Of a DNA stretch of 64,000 nt, positions 1-11,476 are shown in pieces. The stretch comes from Alphaproteobacteria bacterium (GTDB lineage Bacteria > Pseudomonadota > Alphaproteobacteria > SMXP01). Every line of letters starts with the position of its first letter. Position 1 is the first letter of the stretch. Location: positions 300,877 through 364,876 of the forward strand of contig CBDFKK010000006.1 of the NCBI GenBank assembly GCA_965248815.1. The letters are read 5' to 3'. The position numbers and the translations under genes are program-made. Below the pieces are notes generated by a model that had not been told where the DNA came from, ran no database searches, and worked only from the letters and a program-made list of their open reading frames with translations.

Positions 1-536
<536 letters not shown>

Positions 537-608
537 CTAGAAATTGCAAAATTTGCAAAGTCGCGGTCGTAACTCGCGTGACAACCAGCTGACGTAGCCG
601 TCCTGGGA

Positions 609-791
609 CTAGTCTTCTTGAGGCGGCAAAACCTGACGCCCCCGATAGGTGCCGGTCTTGGGTTCGATATGATGGGGCCTATGCAATTCGCCCGAGTCCT
701 TGTCTTCGACAAATGTCGCGCGCTTCAGCCGATCATGAGCTCGCCGCATGTCCCGCTTGGACCGCGTCACTTTATTTCTTGGGACGGCCAT
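609..791 (-). CDS. rpmF: 50S ribosomal protein L32 (no zinc-binding cysteines)
   Basis: [20 protein letters not shown]...RPHHI...GTYRGRQV; GAGG Shine-Dalgarno upstream. Confidence 0.96.
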   Translation of the reverse strand: MAVPRNKVTRSKRDMRRAHDRLKRATFVEDKDSGELHRPHHIEPKTGTYRGRQVLPPQED

Positions 792-850
792 GATGAAACC
801 TCTAGTCTTAATCTGATCTAAGGGCCGATTCCGGCCTTGCTACGACCGGG

Positions 851-879
851 GTCATACAGGAATTGGGGCCGACACTCAA
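851..879 (-). promoter_or_regulatory. Candidate sigma70 promoter of rpmF
   Basis: TTGAGT-N17-TATGAC on the minus strand in the kdsA-rpmF spacer. Confidence 0.35.
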
Positions 880-914
880 GCAGACTAGAGCGTTTTCAGG
901 AAAGTGGACCCGCG

Positions 915-1745
915 TCAAAGAGACTTTGCCACGCGATCCAGCGCGACAAGCGAGGCCAGCAACGATTCCATCTCGTCCAGCGGAACCATATTGGGTCCAT
1001 CGGATGGCGCTTTTTCTGGATCCCGGTGAGTTTCCATGAAGACCGCCGCAACACCGACTGCAACGGCCGCGCGCGCCAGCACCGGGATAAATTCCCGCTG
1101 ACCGCCGCTTGCACCGCCGAGGCCGCCGGGCTGTTGCACCGAATGCGTGGCATCGAAGACGACCGGCGCGCCAATGTCCGCCAGGATCGGCAACGAGCGC
1201 ATGTCCGAAACCAACGTGTTGTAGCCGAAGCTCGCGCCGCGCTCGGTCACCAGAACATTCGGGTTTCCGGCGCCGACCACTTTGTCGATCACATTCTTCA
1301 TGTCCCAGGGAGCCAGAAACTGACCCTTCTTGACGTTCACCACCGCGCCGGTCGCGGCGGCGGCGGTTAATAGGTCGGTTTGTCGGCACAGGAATGCTGG
1401 TATTTGAATGACATCAACGACCTCCGCAACAAGTTGACACTGTTCCGGCGTATGGACATCCGTGAGGACCGGTATGTTGAGCTCTTTCTTGATGGCTTCA
1501 AATACAGGCAAAGCCGCGTCAAGACCTACACCCCGCGCACCGGAGGCACTCGTGCGGTTGGCCTTGTCAAACGACGTTTTGTAAACGAATCCGATGCCAA
1601 GGCCGGCGGTCAGTTCTTTCAGAGCGCCCGCCATATCCATCGCATGATCATGACTTTCCATGGCGCACGGACCGGCGATCAAAGCCAGCGGCCGATGATT
1701 GGCTAGCTCAACATCGGAAACCTTTATGACCGAATTAGGATCCAT
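915..1745 (-). CDS. kdsA: KDO 8-phosphate synthase
   Basis: IAGPC, KTSFDKANRTS, QIPAFLCRQTDL, FDATHSVQQPGG, SDGPN motifs. Confidence 0.98.
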   Translation of the reverse strand: MDPNSVIKVSDVELANHRPLALIAGPCAMESHDHAMDMAGALKELTAGLGIGFVYKTSFDKANRTSASGARGVGLDAALPVFEAIKKELNIPVLTDVHTPEQCQLVAEVVDVIQIPAFLCRQTDLLTAAAATGAVVNVKKGQFLAPWDMKNVIDKVVGAGNPNVLVTERGASFGYNTLVSDMRSLPILADIGAPVVFDATHSVQQPGGLGGASGGQREFIPVLARAAVAVGVAAVFMETHRDPEKAPSDGPNMVPLDEMESLLASLVALDRVAKSL

Positions 1746-1824
1746 GACCGCCCACTTTAATCGAAGTTATTGAGTTTGAAGGTTAGTCAGATAAAGCAAG
1801 CCCTTAAAGCTAAATCTGAATTCT

Positions 1825-3459
<1,635 letters not shown>

Positions 3460-3555
3460 TCAAACTAGATCACTTTTGCGCCGGCAAAAAGACCTAATGC
3501 TCATTTTTCTGAAAGAAATGATGACCTGTCCACAAAGTACTGGGTCACGTTTAAA

Positions 3556-3906
3556 CTATTCACGAGGAACGTCAGGCCCCGCGGGCACTTCTGCCGGTTC
3601 GCTCGGCGCAGGCGTCGTCGGAGTAGGAGCAAACGTCGCCGGATCGTCGCTGCCGATCACCGAGCTTCCGCCCCCTCCACCGCCGGCCGTCATGGTCAAC
3701 AATATGCTGGTGATGAAGAAACAAACTGCCAAAACAGCGGTCGTGCGCGTGAGCACATTTGCTGCGCCACGCCCAGACATGAAACCACCCATGCCGCCTC
3801 CGCCTCCGCCGATGCCGAGGGCACCTCCTTCGGAGCGCTGGAGCAGCACGCTCCCGACCAGTGCCAAGGCAATCAGCAAGTGAATTACGAGCAAAAACGC
3901 AGTCAT
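3556..3906 (-). CDS. secG: Preprotein translocase subunit SecG
   Basis: Two hydrophobic segments, VLLQRSEGGALG, RGAANVLTRTT; upstream of pyrG. Confidence 0.95.
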   Translation of the reverse strand: MTAFLLVIHLLIALALVGSVLLQRSEGGALGIGGGGGGMGGFMSGRGAANVLTRTTAVLAVCFFITSILLTMTAGGGGGGSSVIGSDDPATFAPTPTTPAPSEPAEVPAGPDVPRE

Positions 3907-3992
3907 ACTATCTCCCGAAGACCAGAACGGGCTCTTTTACTCCAGAGATATGGTGAAAGGCTAGTGGAATAACCAGAGGGCGCCAAAGATGG

Positions 3993-5072
3993 CTACGATG
4001 CCTGACGCAGATTTCGCTTCGCAACCGTGGACGCGATCTGAGAACCGATATCTGCCTCACTCGACCCGGGACTTAGCGCCATCTGAAGAGCCGTCCCAAG
4101 TTTTGTCAGCAGGGCCAAATCCTTCGGATCTGGGCTTTTTGCCGCTGCGACACTGGCTGATAACGATTCAGCTACCGTGACCAGCGAGTGAGCCAGCTCT
4201 GTGGCATCTGCAAAAGGTGAATCGCCGACCCGCCTGTCCAGATCCTTAGTCACCTCAAGCAATAGTGTCACTTCATCGGTTAATTGTTGTGCTTCGCCTG
4301 GCACGTCGCCGTCACGATGCACGGCTTCCGCGATGACAGAGGCTGCTATTGAAATATGAATGGCCTGGCGCTGAAGTTTTTCGGCCAAAATGGCTTTTTG
4401 CGTTAAGTCGATCGCGGCGGCCGTCTCAACATCAGAGACCGGTTCATTGTTGACTTTCGTTTTGAGTGAATTGGGAACGTCGACGAGATTATCTTGTTCA
4501 TCTCCGCGCGCCTCTTTGCGGCGATCAGGCCCAACATAGTTGCTTGTAATTACAAAGCGTTTGCGGGAGTCGATATGGGTCAGAATGCGGGCCGAAAACT
4601 CCTGTGTCGAAAACGGCCGACGCACAAGGTCATCGGCGCCAGCATCGATGATAGTCTTGGCATCTTCATCGTTAAGCTTCCAGCCTGACGTGACGAAAAC
4701 GACAAACGGGTTCGGCCCCAAGTCTCCATGGCGTACATCGCTTACAAATGTGCTGACATCTTTGACATTGCTGTCAATCTCCGCGACGACGAGATCGATA
4801 ACTTCGGATTCAATTGTTTCGCGCAATTCCTTAAGGCTCGTGGCGTAGGAAAAATGACGAAAGCCGATCGTATAGAGAATGCTGCGCGTGATGCGCAGAT
4901 TTGCAGTAACCGGATCGAATATTGCGACCGTAGCCGCTTCAAATCTGCGTTCCTCAGAATTGTGTGGTTCGCTCATATCACTCAGCACGTTTGTCATTGC
5001 TGAGCCCATCGGCTCAAGAGGCTCGCATACTAGGAAGCGTTCTCTTGAGTTATCATTGATAGATGAAGTCAA
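3993..5072 (-). CDS. Atypical CheY-like receiver protein with YxGPDRR motif and C-terminal extension (true start probably a downstream Met)
   Basis: Receiver pattern (IDLVVAE, AGADDLVRRPFS) followed by RFVITSNYVGPDRRK. Confidence 0.75.
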   Translation of the reverse strand: MTSSINDNSRERFLVCEPLEPMGSAMTNVLSDMSEPHNSEERRFEAATVAIFDPVTANLRITRSILYTIGFRHFSYATSLKELRETIESEVIDLVVAEIDSNVKDVSTFVSDVRHGDLGPNPFVVFVTSGWKLNDEDAKTIIDAGADDLVRRPFSTQEFSARILTHIDSRKRFVITSNYVGPDRRKEARGDEQDNLVDVPNSLKTKVNNEPVSDVETAAAIDLTQKAILAEKLQRQAIHISIAASVIAEAVHRDGDVPGEAQQLTDEVTLLLEVTKDLDRRVGDSPFADATELAHSLVTVAESLSASVAAAKSPDPKDLALLTKLGTALQMALSPGSSEADIGSQIASTVAKRNLRQAS

Positions 5073-5095
5073 ATTTAATTAAACTTTCAATGACC

Positions 5096-5866
5096 TTACA
5101 TTCCCGCTTTTACGATTTGCCAGAAGTCTTGCGCTTTCAAACTGGCGCCGCCTACTAGTGCGCCATCGACGTCAGCAATCGAGAGGATTTCGCGCGCATT
5201 TTGCGGCTTTACCGAACCGCCATAGAGAACGCGAACTTTATTACCGTCATCACCAAGTGATTTGATCAATTTATCGCGAATGAAGCGGTGGACTTCGTTC
5301 ACATCGTTAAGGGTCGGCGTTCGCCCGGTTCCAATCGCCCAAACCGGTTCGTAGGCAATAACCGTGTTCTTAGAATTTGCCGATCCGGGCAGCGACCCTT
5401 TGAGTTGACGGCCGATGACACGAAGAGTCTTGCTTTGAAGCCGCTCGCTTTCCGTCTCGCCCACACAAATGATGGCACGCAGATTCTGTTCAATCACCGC
5501 TTCGGCCTTTGCTTTGACCTCATCATCGGATTCTCCGTGATCAGTTCTGCGTTCGGAGTGACCGGCAATAATCCACTTAGCACCAGCCTCCTTCAGCATC
5601 GCCGCGCTCAAATCCCCGGTATGCGCACCACCTGGCTGGGCGTGACAATCTTGCGCTCCCAAAGCCAAAGGCGTCCCCACCGTCAAAGGCTTGAACGAAT
5701 GCAAAAGGGTGGCGGGTGGACATATAATGACGTCAGCCGGGCATCGTTTAGCTTTGCCCAGCCGCGCGATCAACGAATTGATTTCGCGTTTCGACTGCGC
5801 AAGGCCATTCATTTTCCAATTGCCGGCGATGACGGGCCTGCGTTTGATCGATTTTAACGTGGTCAT
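5096..5866 (-). CDS. tpiA: Triosephosphate isomerase
   Basis: [38 protein letters not shown]; ATG at 5866 preferred. Confidence 0.98.
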   Translation of the reverse strand: MTTLKSIKRRPVIAGNWKMNGLAQSKREINSLIARLGKAKRCPADVIICPPATLLHSFKPLTVGTPLALGAQDCHAQPGGAHTGDLSAAMLKEAGAKWIIAGHSERRTDHGESDDEVKAKAEAVIEQNLRAIICVGETESERLQSKTLRVIGRQLKGSLPGSANSKNTVIAYEPVWAIGTGRTPTLNDVNEVHRFIRDKLIKSLGDDGNKVRVLYGGSVKPQNAREILSIADVDGALVGGASLKAQDFWQIVKAGM

Positions 5867-5934
5867 AGACCGCTTCTCCTGCAATCCTTGCGGGGGCCAT
5901 AACAAATTGCCGGGATTTTGGCCAGAGGGCCCGC

Positions 5935-5963
5935 TTGCTCGGCTCGCGCCGCCCCACTATCAT
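5935..5963 (+). promoter_or_regulatory. Candidate sigma70 promoter for ppiD-trpE
   Basis: TTGCTC-N17-TATCAT about 50 bp upstream of ATG 6012. Confidence 0.4.
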
Positions 5964-6011
5964 CCGCCGCCAAATAGGTTGTCACGAGTTAACCAAAGGG
6001 ATTCCGACTCC

Positions 6012-7922
6012 ATGCTCAGCAGATTAAAGGACGCGGCCAAATCATGGGTCGCAGGTATCTTTATCGGCTTGCTTGTTCTCAGCTTTGCCGTTTGGGGCAT
6101 CGGGGACATATTTTTGGGTACCACCAATGAAAATGTCGCCGAGATTGGAGGGACACCGATTACAGCGGTAGACTTCGAACGACAGTTTCGATCACAGGTT
6201 CAGGAATTGTCGTCTCAGACCGATGGTATATTCGACACACTACAAGCGCGTCGTTTGGGTTTAGACCAGCAAGTCTTGGCCAATATGATTCAAACCACAG
6301 CTCTTGGTGTTGCGGGACAAGATTTGGGGCTCACCGTTTCCGATAAGGCGCTCGAGAAATCAATTAAGTCCAACCAAGCTTTCTCCGGAGCCATTGGCAC
6401 ATTCTCACAGCAGACTTATGACGAACTGCTTATTCAGAATGGTCTTACCCGCCAATCATATGAAATCGCATTGCGCCAAGACCTCGCTCGCGCTCAGCTC
6501 GTGGACACCATTACAGCAGGCCCTGTTGCCTCGCGGCGAATGGCTGAGGCGATCTTCACTTACCGAACCGAACGTCGGGTGATCGACTATTTGGTCATTC
6601 CGCCAGAAACCGCCGGCCAATTGGCAGAACCGACGCGAACCGAATTGGAGGAATATCACACAGGTAACGCGGCGCGATTTACCGCACCCGAATACCGGAG
6701 CTTTACTTACATTTTGACTGAATCAGCTGATTTTCGTGACAAGGTTGAGGTCTCAGAAGACGATATTAAGGCCCAGTACGATTTCGATAAATCACGTTTC
6801 ACCGTGCCCGAAAGACGCGCGGTTGAAGTGATTTATTTCGATAACGAGGAAGCTTTAATTCAAGCACAAAAGGATATGGCTGATGGTCTGTCGTTCGAAG
6901 GACTCATCGCGAGCCGCAATCTGAGCCTGGACGAGATCACCCGCGAAAACGTCACCCAAGCCGAAATGATCGATGAACCTGTGGCTGCAATCGCATTTCA
7001 ATTGGAGAATGGTCAAATTAGTGACGCCATCCAAGGCGTCGTCAATTGGGCTTTGGCACGCGTGAAAAACATTGCTCCTGGCCGTGTACAACCTTACGAG
7101 GAAGCGCGTGAGGTCCTGCGCGACGAACTGATCGGAGGTCTTGCGACCAACTCATTATTTGAATTTTCAGCCGAAATCGAGGATGCGCTTGCCGGTGGTG
7201 CAACCCTGGAAGAAGCGGCGACGGCACTCGGCATTAATGCCGTTTCAGTAAAATCTGTCAGCCGCGCTGGTTTTGACAAAGACGAGCGAGAACCTGGCCA
7301 ACTGCCCGATGATGATGCGGCTTTGGATTCGATTTTGACCGAAGTGTTTCGCAGCGATATCGGATTTGAAGGTGATCTTTTACCAATTGAACAAGACGGT
7401 TACTTCGTCGTCCGCATTGACGATGTCACGTCCTCGGCGACCAAACCCTTCGACACGGTTGTTGAAGAAGTCAGAACCACTCTACTTGGCGTGAAGCGGC
7501 AGGAAAAATTGGATGAGTTTTCCAAGAAAATTGCGGAACGGGCGACCGGCGGTACACCGTTTGAGACTTTGGCTAACGAAATCGGACGAACGATTTTGTC
7601 GACCGCACCTAACATTGGACGCTCCGACAATGACGAAACACTATCTACACAATTTATTTCAGATGCATTTGCAGCCGAGATTGGTGCTTTCATCAGCGGG
7701 CCGACGGCTTTTGGAGAGAGTTGGGTCGTGGCGACGCCGCGAGAGTCCATTACGCAAAGCTTGGCCTCAAATGCCGCAGATATTGATTCCCTTCATGAAC
7801 AATTAGGGCAAGCCACCATTCAAGACTTAGGCGATCAATACGTAGCCGCACTTCAAGACAAATTTGGAGTGGAAACCTACCCTGATGTTATTGATTCGAC
7901 CCTGGGCGGCTCCATTGATTGA
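6012..7922 (+). CDS. ppiD: PpiD/SurA N-terminal domain periplasmic chaperone
   Basis: N-terminal anchor LLVLSFAVWGIGD, FTAPEYRS and FTVPERR motifs, located between tpiA and trpE; start moved to ATG 6012. Confidence 0.88.
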   Translation: MLSRLKDAAKSWVAGIFIGLLVLSFAVWGIGDIFLGTTNENVAEIGGTPITAVDFERQFRSQVQELSSQTDGIFDTLQARRLGLDQQVLANMIQTTALGVAGQDLGLTVSDKALEKSIKSNQAFSGAIGTFSQQTYDELLIQNGLTRQSYEIALRQDLARAQLVDTITAGPVASRRMAEAIFTYRTERRVIDYLVIPPETAGQLAEPTRTELEEYHTGNAARFTAPEYRSFTYILTESADFRDKVEVSEDDIKAQYDFDKSRFTVPERRAVEVIYFDNEEALIQAQKDMADGLSFEGLIASRNLSLDEITRENVTQAEMIDEPVAAIAFQLENGQISDAIQGVVNWALARVKNIAPGRVQPYEEAREVLRDELIGGLATNSLFEFSAEIEDALAGGATLEEAATALGINAVSVKSVSRAGFDKDEREPGQLPDDDAALDSILTEVFRSDIGFEGDLLPIEQDGYFVVRIDDVTSSATKPFDTVVEEVRTTLLGVKRQEKLDEFSKKIAERATGGTPFETLANEIGRTILSTAPNIGRSDNDETLSTQFISDAFAAEIGAFISGPTAFGESWVVATPRESITQSLASNAADIDSLHEQLGQATIQDLGDQYVAALQDKFGVETYPDVIDSTLGGSID

Positions 7923-7932
7923 GACATAAGCA

Positions 7933-9438
7933 ATGACACTCCGCCCCGATTATGAGGCGTTTGCACAAAAATTCGAAAAGAACGAACCTCAGGTCGTTTG
8001 GACAAAGGTCGTAGCGGACTTGGAAACGCCGGTCTCCGCGATGCTCAAGCTGGCGGACGGCGAACCCAATAGTTTTCTCCTTGAATCTGTTGAAGGTGGT
8101 TCCGTACGCGGAAGATATTCCGTGATTGGATTGCGCCCAGATTTGATCTGGCGTGCGCACGGCAATGAATCTGAGATCAACCGCAACGCGCTTGCAGATC
8201 CAGGGACTTTCATAAAATGTGAATTGGACACCCTAGCCTCGTTAAGAGCCTTGCTAAAGGAGTCCTTGATTGACCAAGACCCTGAATTGCCGCCCATGGC
8301 TGCCGGAGTGTTCGGGTATTTGGGTTACGATATGGTGCGTCTCATGGAAGACCTGCCAAATGTCAATCCGGATTCGCTCGGATTGCCTGACGGCATTCTT
8401 CTTCGCCCGACCATCATGGCCATTTTTGACGCCGTCAAAGACGAACTGATTGTGGTGACGCCGGTCTGGCCCGGTGCGCAATCCGCCCGGGCGACATTCG
8501 ACGAAGCATGTGAGCGAATTCAAAACGTCGTTAAGGCACTCGAAAAAAAGTTGCCTCGCCCGGCTACAACGGGGGATCAGATCCAACTACCCGAGCCAGT
8601 TTCAAATACAAAGCAAACTGAATATTACGCCATGGTCGAACGCGCGAAGGAGTACATTGCTGCCGGCGATGTCTTTCAAGTTGTTCCTAGCCAGCGCTTT
8701 CGTGTTCCGTTTGAGTTGCCGCCCTTTTCACTCTATCGATCGCTGCGCAGGCTGAATCCATCTCCTTTCTTGTTTTATTTCGACTTCGATGACTTCTCCG
8801 TTGTGGGATCCAGTCCTGAAATTCTTGTAAGGGTTCGCGACGGTCGCGTGACGATCCGGCCGATTGCTGGAACGCGGCCGCGCGGCGCAACTCCGGATGA
8901 AGATCGAGCTTTGGCTAAAGATCTTCTGGCCGACCCTAAAGAGCGCGCCGAGCATTTAATGCTGCTGGATCTAGGCCGCAATGATGTAGGGCGTGTTGCA
9001 GAAGTTGGATCCGTCGAGGTCACCGAACAATTCGAACTCGAATATTATAGTCACGTCATGCACATCATTTCGAATGTTGAAGGAAAGCTGAAGTCCAACC
9101 ACGACGCGATATCAGCTCTAATCGCGGGATTTCCAGCGGGCACCGTTTCCGGTGCGCCTAAAGTGCGAGCCATGGAAATTATAGATGAATTGGAAAAGGA
9201 AAAACGGGGCGTATATGCAGGTTGCGTTGGCTATTTTTCATCAAGCGGCGACATGGACACATGCATTGCGCTGCGCACGGCAGTTGTAAAAGACGGACAA
9301 ATGTATGTTCAGGCCGGTGGCGGCGTTGTTGCGGATAGTGATCCTGAATTTGAATATCAAGAGACTGTCAACAAGGCCAAAGCGCTTATGAATGCCGCAA
9401 CGGAAGCTGTGCGTTTTGCAACACGCCGCAAACCCTAA
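7933..9438 (+). CDS. trpE: Anthranilate synthase component I
   Basis: DLETPVS, LLESVEGG, GSSPEILV, RAEHLMLLDLGRND, GFPAGTVSGAPK. Confidence 0.98.
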   Translation: MTLRPDYEAFAQKFEKNEPQVVWTKVVADLETPVSAMLKLADGEPNSFLLESVEGGSVRGRYSVIGLRPDLIWRAHGNESEINRNALADPGTFIKCELDTLASLRALLKESLIDQDPELPPMAAGVFGYLGYDMVRLMEDLPNVNPDSLGLPDGILLRPTIMAIFDAVKDELIVVTPVWPGAQSARATFDEACERIQNVVKALEKKLPRPATTGDQIQLPEPVSNTKQTEYYAMVERAKEYIAAGDVFQVVPSQRFRVPFELPPFSLYRSLRRLNPSPFLFYFDFDDFSVVGSSPEILVRVRDGRVTIRPIAGTRPRGATPDEDRALAKDLLADPKERAEHLMLLDLGRNDVGRVAEVGSVEVTEQFELEYYSHVMHIISNVEGKLKSNHDAISALIAGFPAGTVSGAPKVRAMEIIDELEKEKRGVYAGCVGYFSSSGDMDTCIALRTAVVKDGQMYVQAGGGVVADSDPEFEYQETVNKAKALMNAATEAVRFATRRKP

Positions 9439-9448
9439 AATCAAAGGT

Positions 9449-10699
9449 CTAGTCTTGAGCGGCCAGCCTGATTTGTTCAGCTTGGCGCTTCTTGATAACT
9501 GCCGTTAGCGGCGCAACCGCAAACCCACGGCGCTCTGCCGTCTCAAGCCAGAGCTCCAGTATATCAAGGGTGATATCATGGGGATGTGCGATAGCGATTG
9601 CGGTTCCCTCGACTTGTGCAATTTCTTCGAGCTTTTGAACCTGAGCAAGAATCCCTAGCGTATTCAACTCATGATCTAAAAAGATGTCGCGTGAAGCATA
9701 AATCGCGCCCGATTGGCGTGCCGCAATATGTCCCGCCGATAGTGCACTCGTGCGCGAGTCCAAGAACAAAAGACCATCTGCCTTTAAGCGATCCATCACT
9801 CCGATCATCGCAGCCGCATTCTTCGTAAAACGGCTGCCCATGTAATTGTTGATCCCGACATAGCCAGGAAATTGGTCCAAGGACCAATCAAGTCGGTCAT
9901 GAAGTTCATCGGTCGTCGGGTCCAGGCGCAGCGCATTGGGGCCAGGGTCTAACGGACCGTCCGGTTCCATCGGGACATGCACAAGAAGCTCAAATCCACT
10001 GAGACGTGCGCGGCGCGCAATGTCCTTCGCATTTTGAACGTAGGGCAAAATCGACAACGTTAGGGGAGCAGTCAGGCTGATCAGTCGATCCACTTTGCCG
10101 GACGAGTTGCCAACATCATCAATGACAATGGCAATCATCGGACGATCGAGGGCAGCGGCGTACGGAGCACCAAAGTCAAGCCAGGCGGTTTCACTCTTAT
10201 CGGATTTGCCGGGGTCAATGTGCGAACGACGGCCTTTTGAACCAGGGAGGTCGGTCGCTGCGCTTCGTTGACCAGAGCAAACGCAAACGAGGCACGCAAC
10301 GCCGCAACGCGAGGAACAAACGGCAGGCCGCCGGTTTTTTCGCCAAGAGAGACTGGCGCCGTAAAGGATGAACGCGGTTTGTTGAGACCGCTTCTTGCCG
10401 CCTCTACCAAAGAGACTTGCGCAAAGCTCAAGAGTTGTTCGGTTGGTCCGCCCTGCTCTTCGGTGACATAGACCGTCGACGAATCAAGTGGACCTGTTAT
10501 CAGTCCCAAGAGACTTCCCAATACGAAGCCAACACATAAAGTTCCCAGGCAATAGAACGCAAAGCGCTTCTGTACGCGGTCCTTATGGGCCTTTTCAGTC
10601 TCAATATTCTTCGCATTCCCGAATATTCTTCGCATTCCCGACAAAAGTTACAGGAACGGGAGAACCTTCCTCGTGATGTTCCATGCGCCTGGCCGACAT
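9449..10699 (-). pseudogene. Divergent polysaccharide deacetylase family gene, apparently split by a 19-bp duplication and a second frameshift (fragments 9449-10138 and 10135-10644)
   Basis: IAIVIDDVG, HVPMEP, FLDSRT, RDIFLD motifs; the domain frame stays open upstream (AWLDFGAPYAAALDRPMIAIV); the membrane anchor lies in another frame. Confidence 0.7.
10603..10640. repeat. Perfect tandem duplication, 2 x 19 bp (AATATTCTTCGCATTCCCG)
   Basis: Read directly: 10603-10621 equals 10622-10640. Confidence 0.95.
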
Positions 10700-10891
10700 A
10701 TTGCCAAGTGAGCTTGGGAAAGACGGCACTCTGTACACCGACTCGCCCTGCGCCTTGGTCCCAATTTCGGCGGTATTCTGAGGGATTCAGGGTTACGGAA
10801 TCGTTAAGAATTGGTGAATAACTCAACGGACGCTTGGCAAATAGAAGCGTCATGCTCTAGTTTGCGCAGCCGCGGTGCTAAGAGTATCCCT

Positions 10892-11473
10892 ATGATTTTG
10901 TTGATCGATAACTACGATAGCTTTACCTACAACCTGGTCCATTTCTTGGGCGAGCTTGGCGCTGAGTGCTCCGTCTATCGAAACGACAAAATCGAGGTCG
11001 ACGAGGCTCTATCTTTGAAGGCGGACGCGATCGTGATTTCTCCCGGTCCGTGTACGCCTAACGAGGCCGGGATTTCTGTAGACCTTGTAAGGGCTGCAAG
11101 CGGGCGCATGCCCCTATTGGGCGTTTGCTTAGGCCATCAAGCAATCGGCCAGGCCTATGGCGCAAAGGTCGTCCGCGCTAACAAACTGATGCATGGCAAG
11201 CTCAGCCGCATCACTCATACGGGATCGGGGGTCTTTGCAAAACTCCCAGAAGCGTTCGAAGCTACTAGATATCATTCTTTGGTCTTAGAAGCCGACAGTT
11301 TGCCGACGTGCTTTGACGTTACCGCCAAGACCGAAGACGGTACGATTATGGCCATTGAACACAAGGAACATGAAGTTCACGGCGTGCAATTTCATCCGGA
11401 GAGCATTGCCTCCGAGCATGGCCATCGCCTTCTAAAGAATTTCCTTGTGCGGGCAAAAATCTGCGATAGCTAA
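10892..11473 (+). CDS. trpG: Anthranilate synthase component II (glutamine amidotransferase)
   Basis: LIDNYDSFTYNL, SPGPC, GVCLGHQ, QFHPES; start moved to ATG 10892. Confidence 0.97.
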   Translation: MILLIDNYDSFTYNLVHFLGELGAECSVYRNDKIEVDEALSLKADAIVISPGPCTPNEAGISVDLVRAASGRMPLLGVCLGHQAIGQAYGAKVVRANKLMHGKLSRITHTGSGVFAKLPEAFEATRYHSLVLEADSLPTCFDVTAKTEDGTIMAIEHKEHEVHGVQFHPESIASEHGHRLLKNFLVRAKICDS

Positions 11474-11476
11474 ATC

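Noticed and set aside
609-890. CTAGTCTT direct repeats flanking rpmF and a 9-bp inverted repeat (800-808 and 882-890)
   Set aside because: Short, overlapping the stop codon and RBS; not enough to support a mobile cassette.
3664-3822. CCGCCT-type short repeats in secG
   Set aside because: They encode Gly-rich linkers normal for SecG.
5691-6011. Long N-terminal extensions in the ORF track (ppiD, also trpG, fabZ, rpsB, nuoH, nuoK)
   Set aside because: Artefacts of first-start calling; they overlap neighbouring genes or leaders, and downstream ATGs match family N termini.
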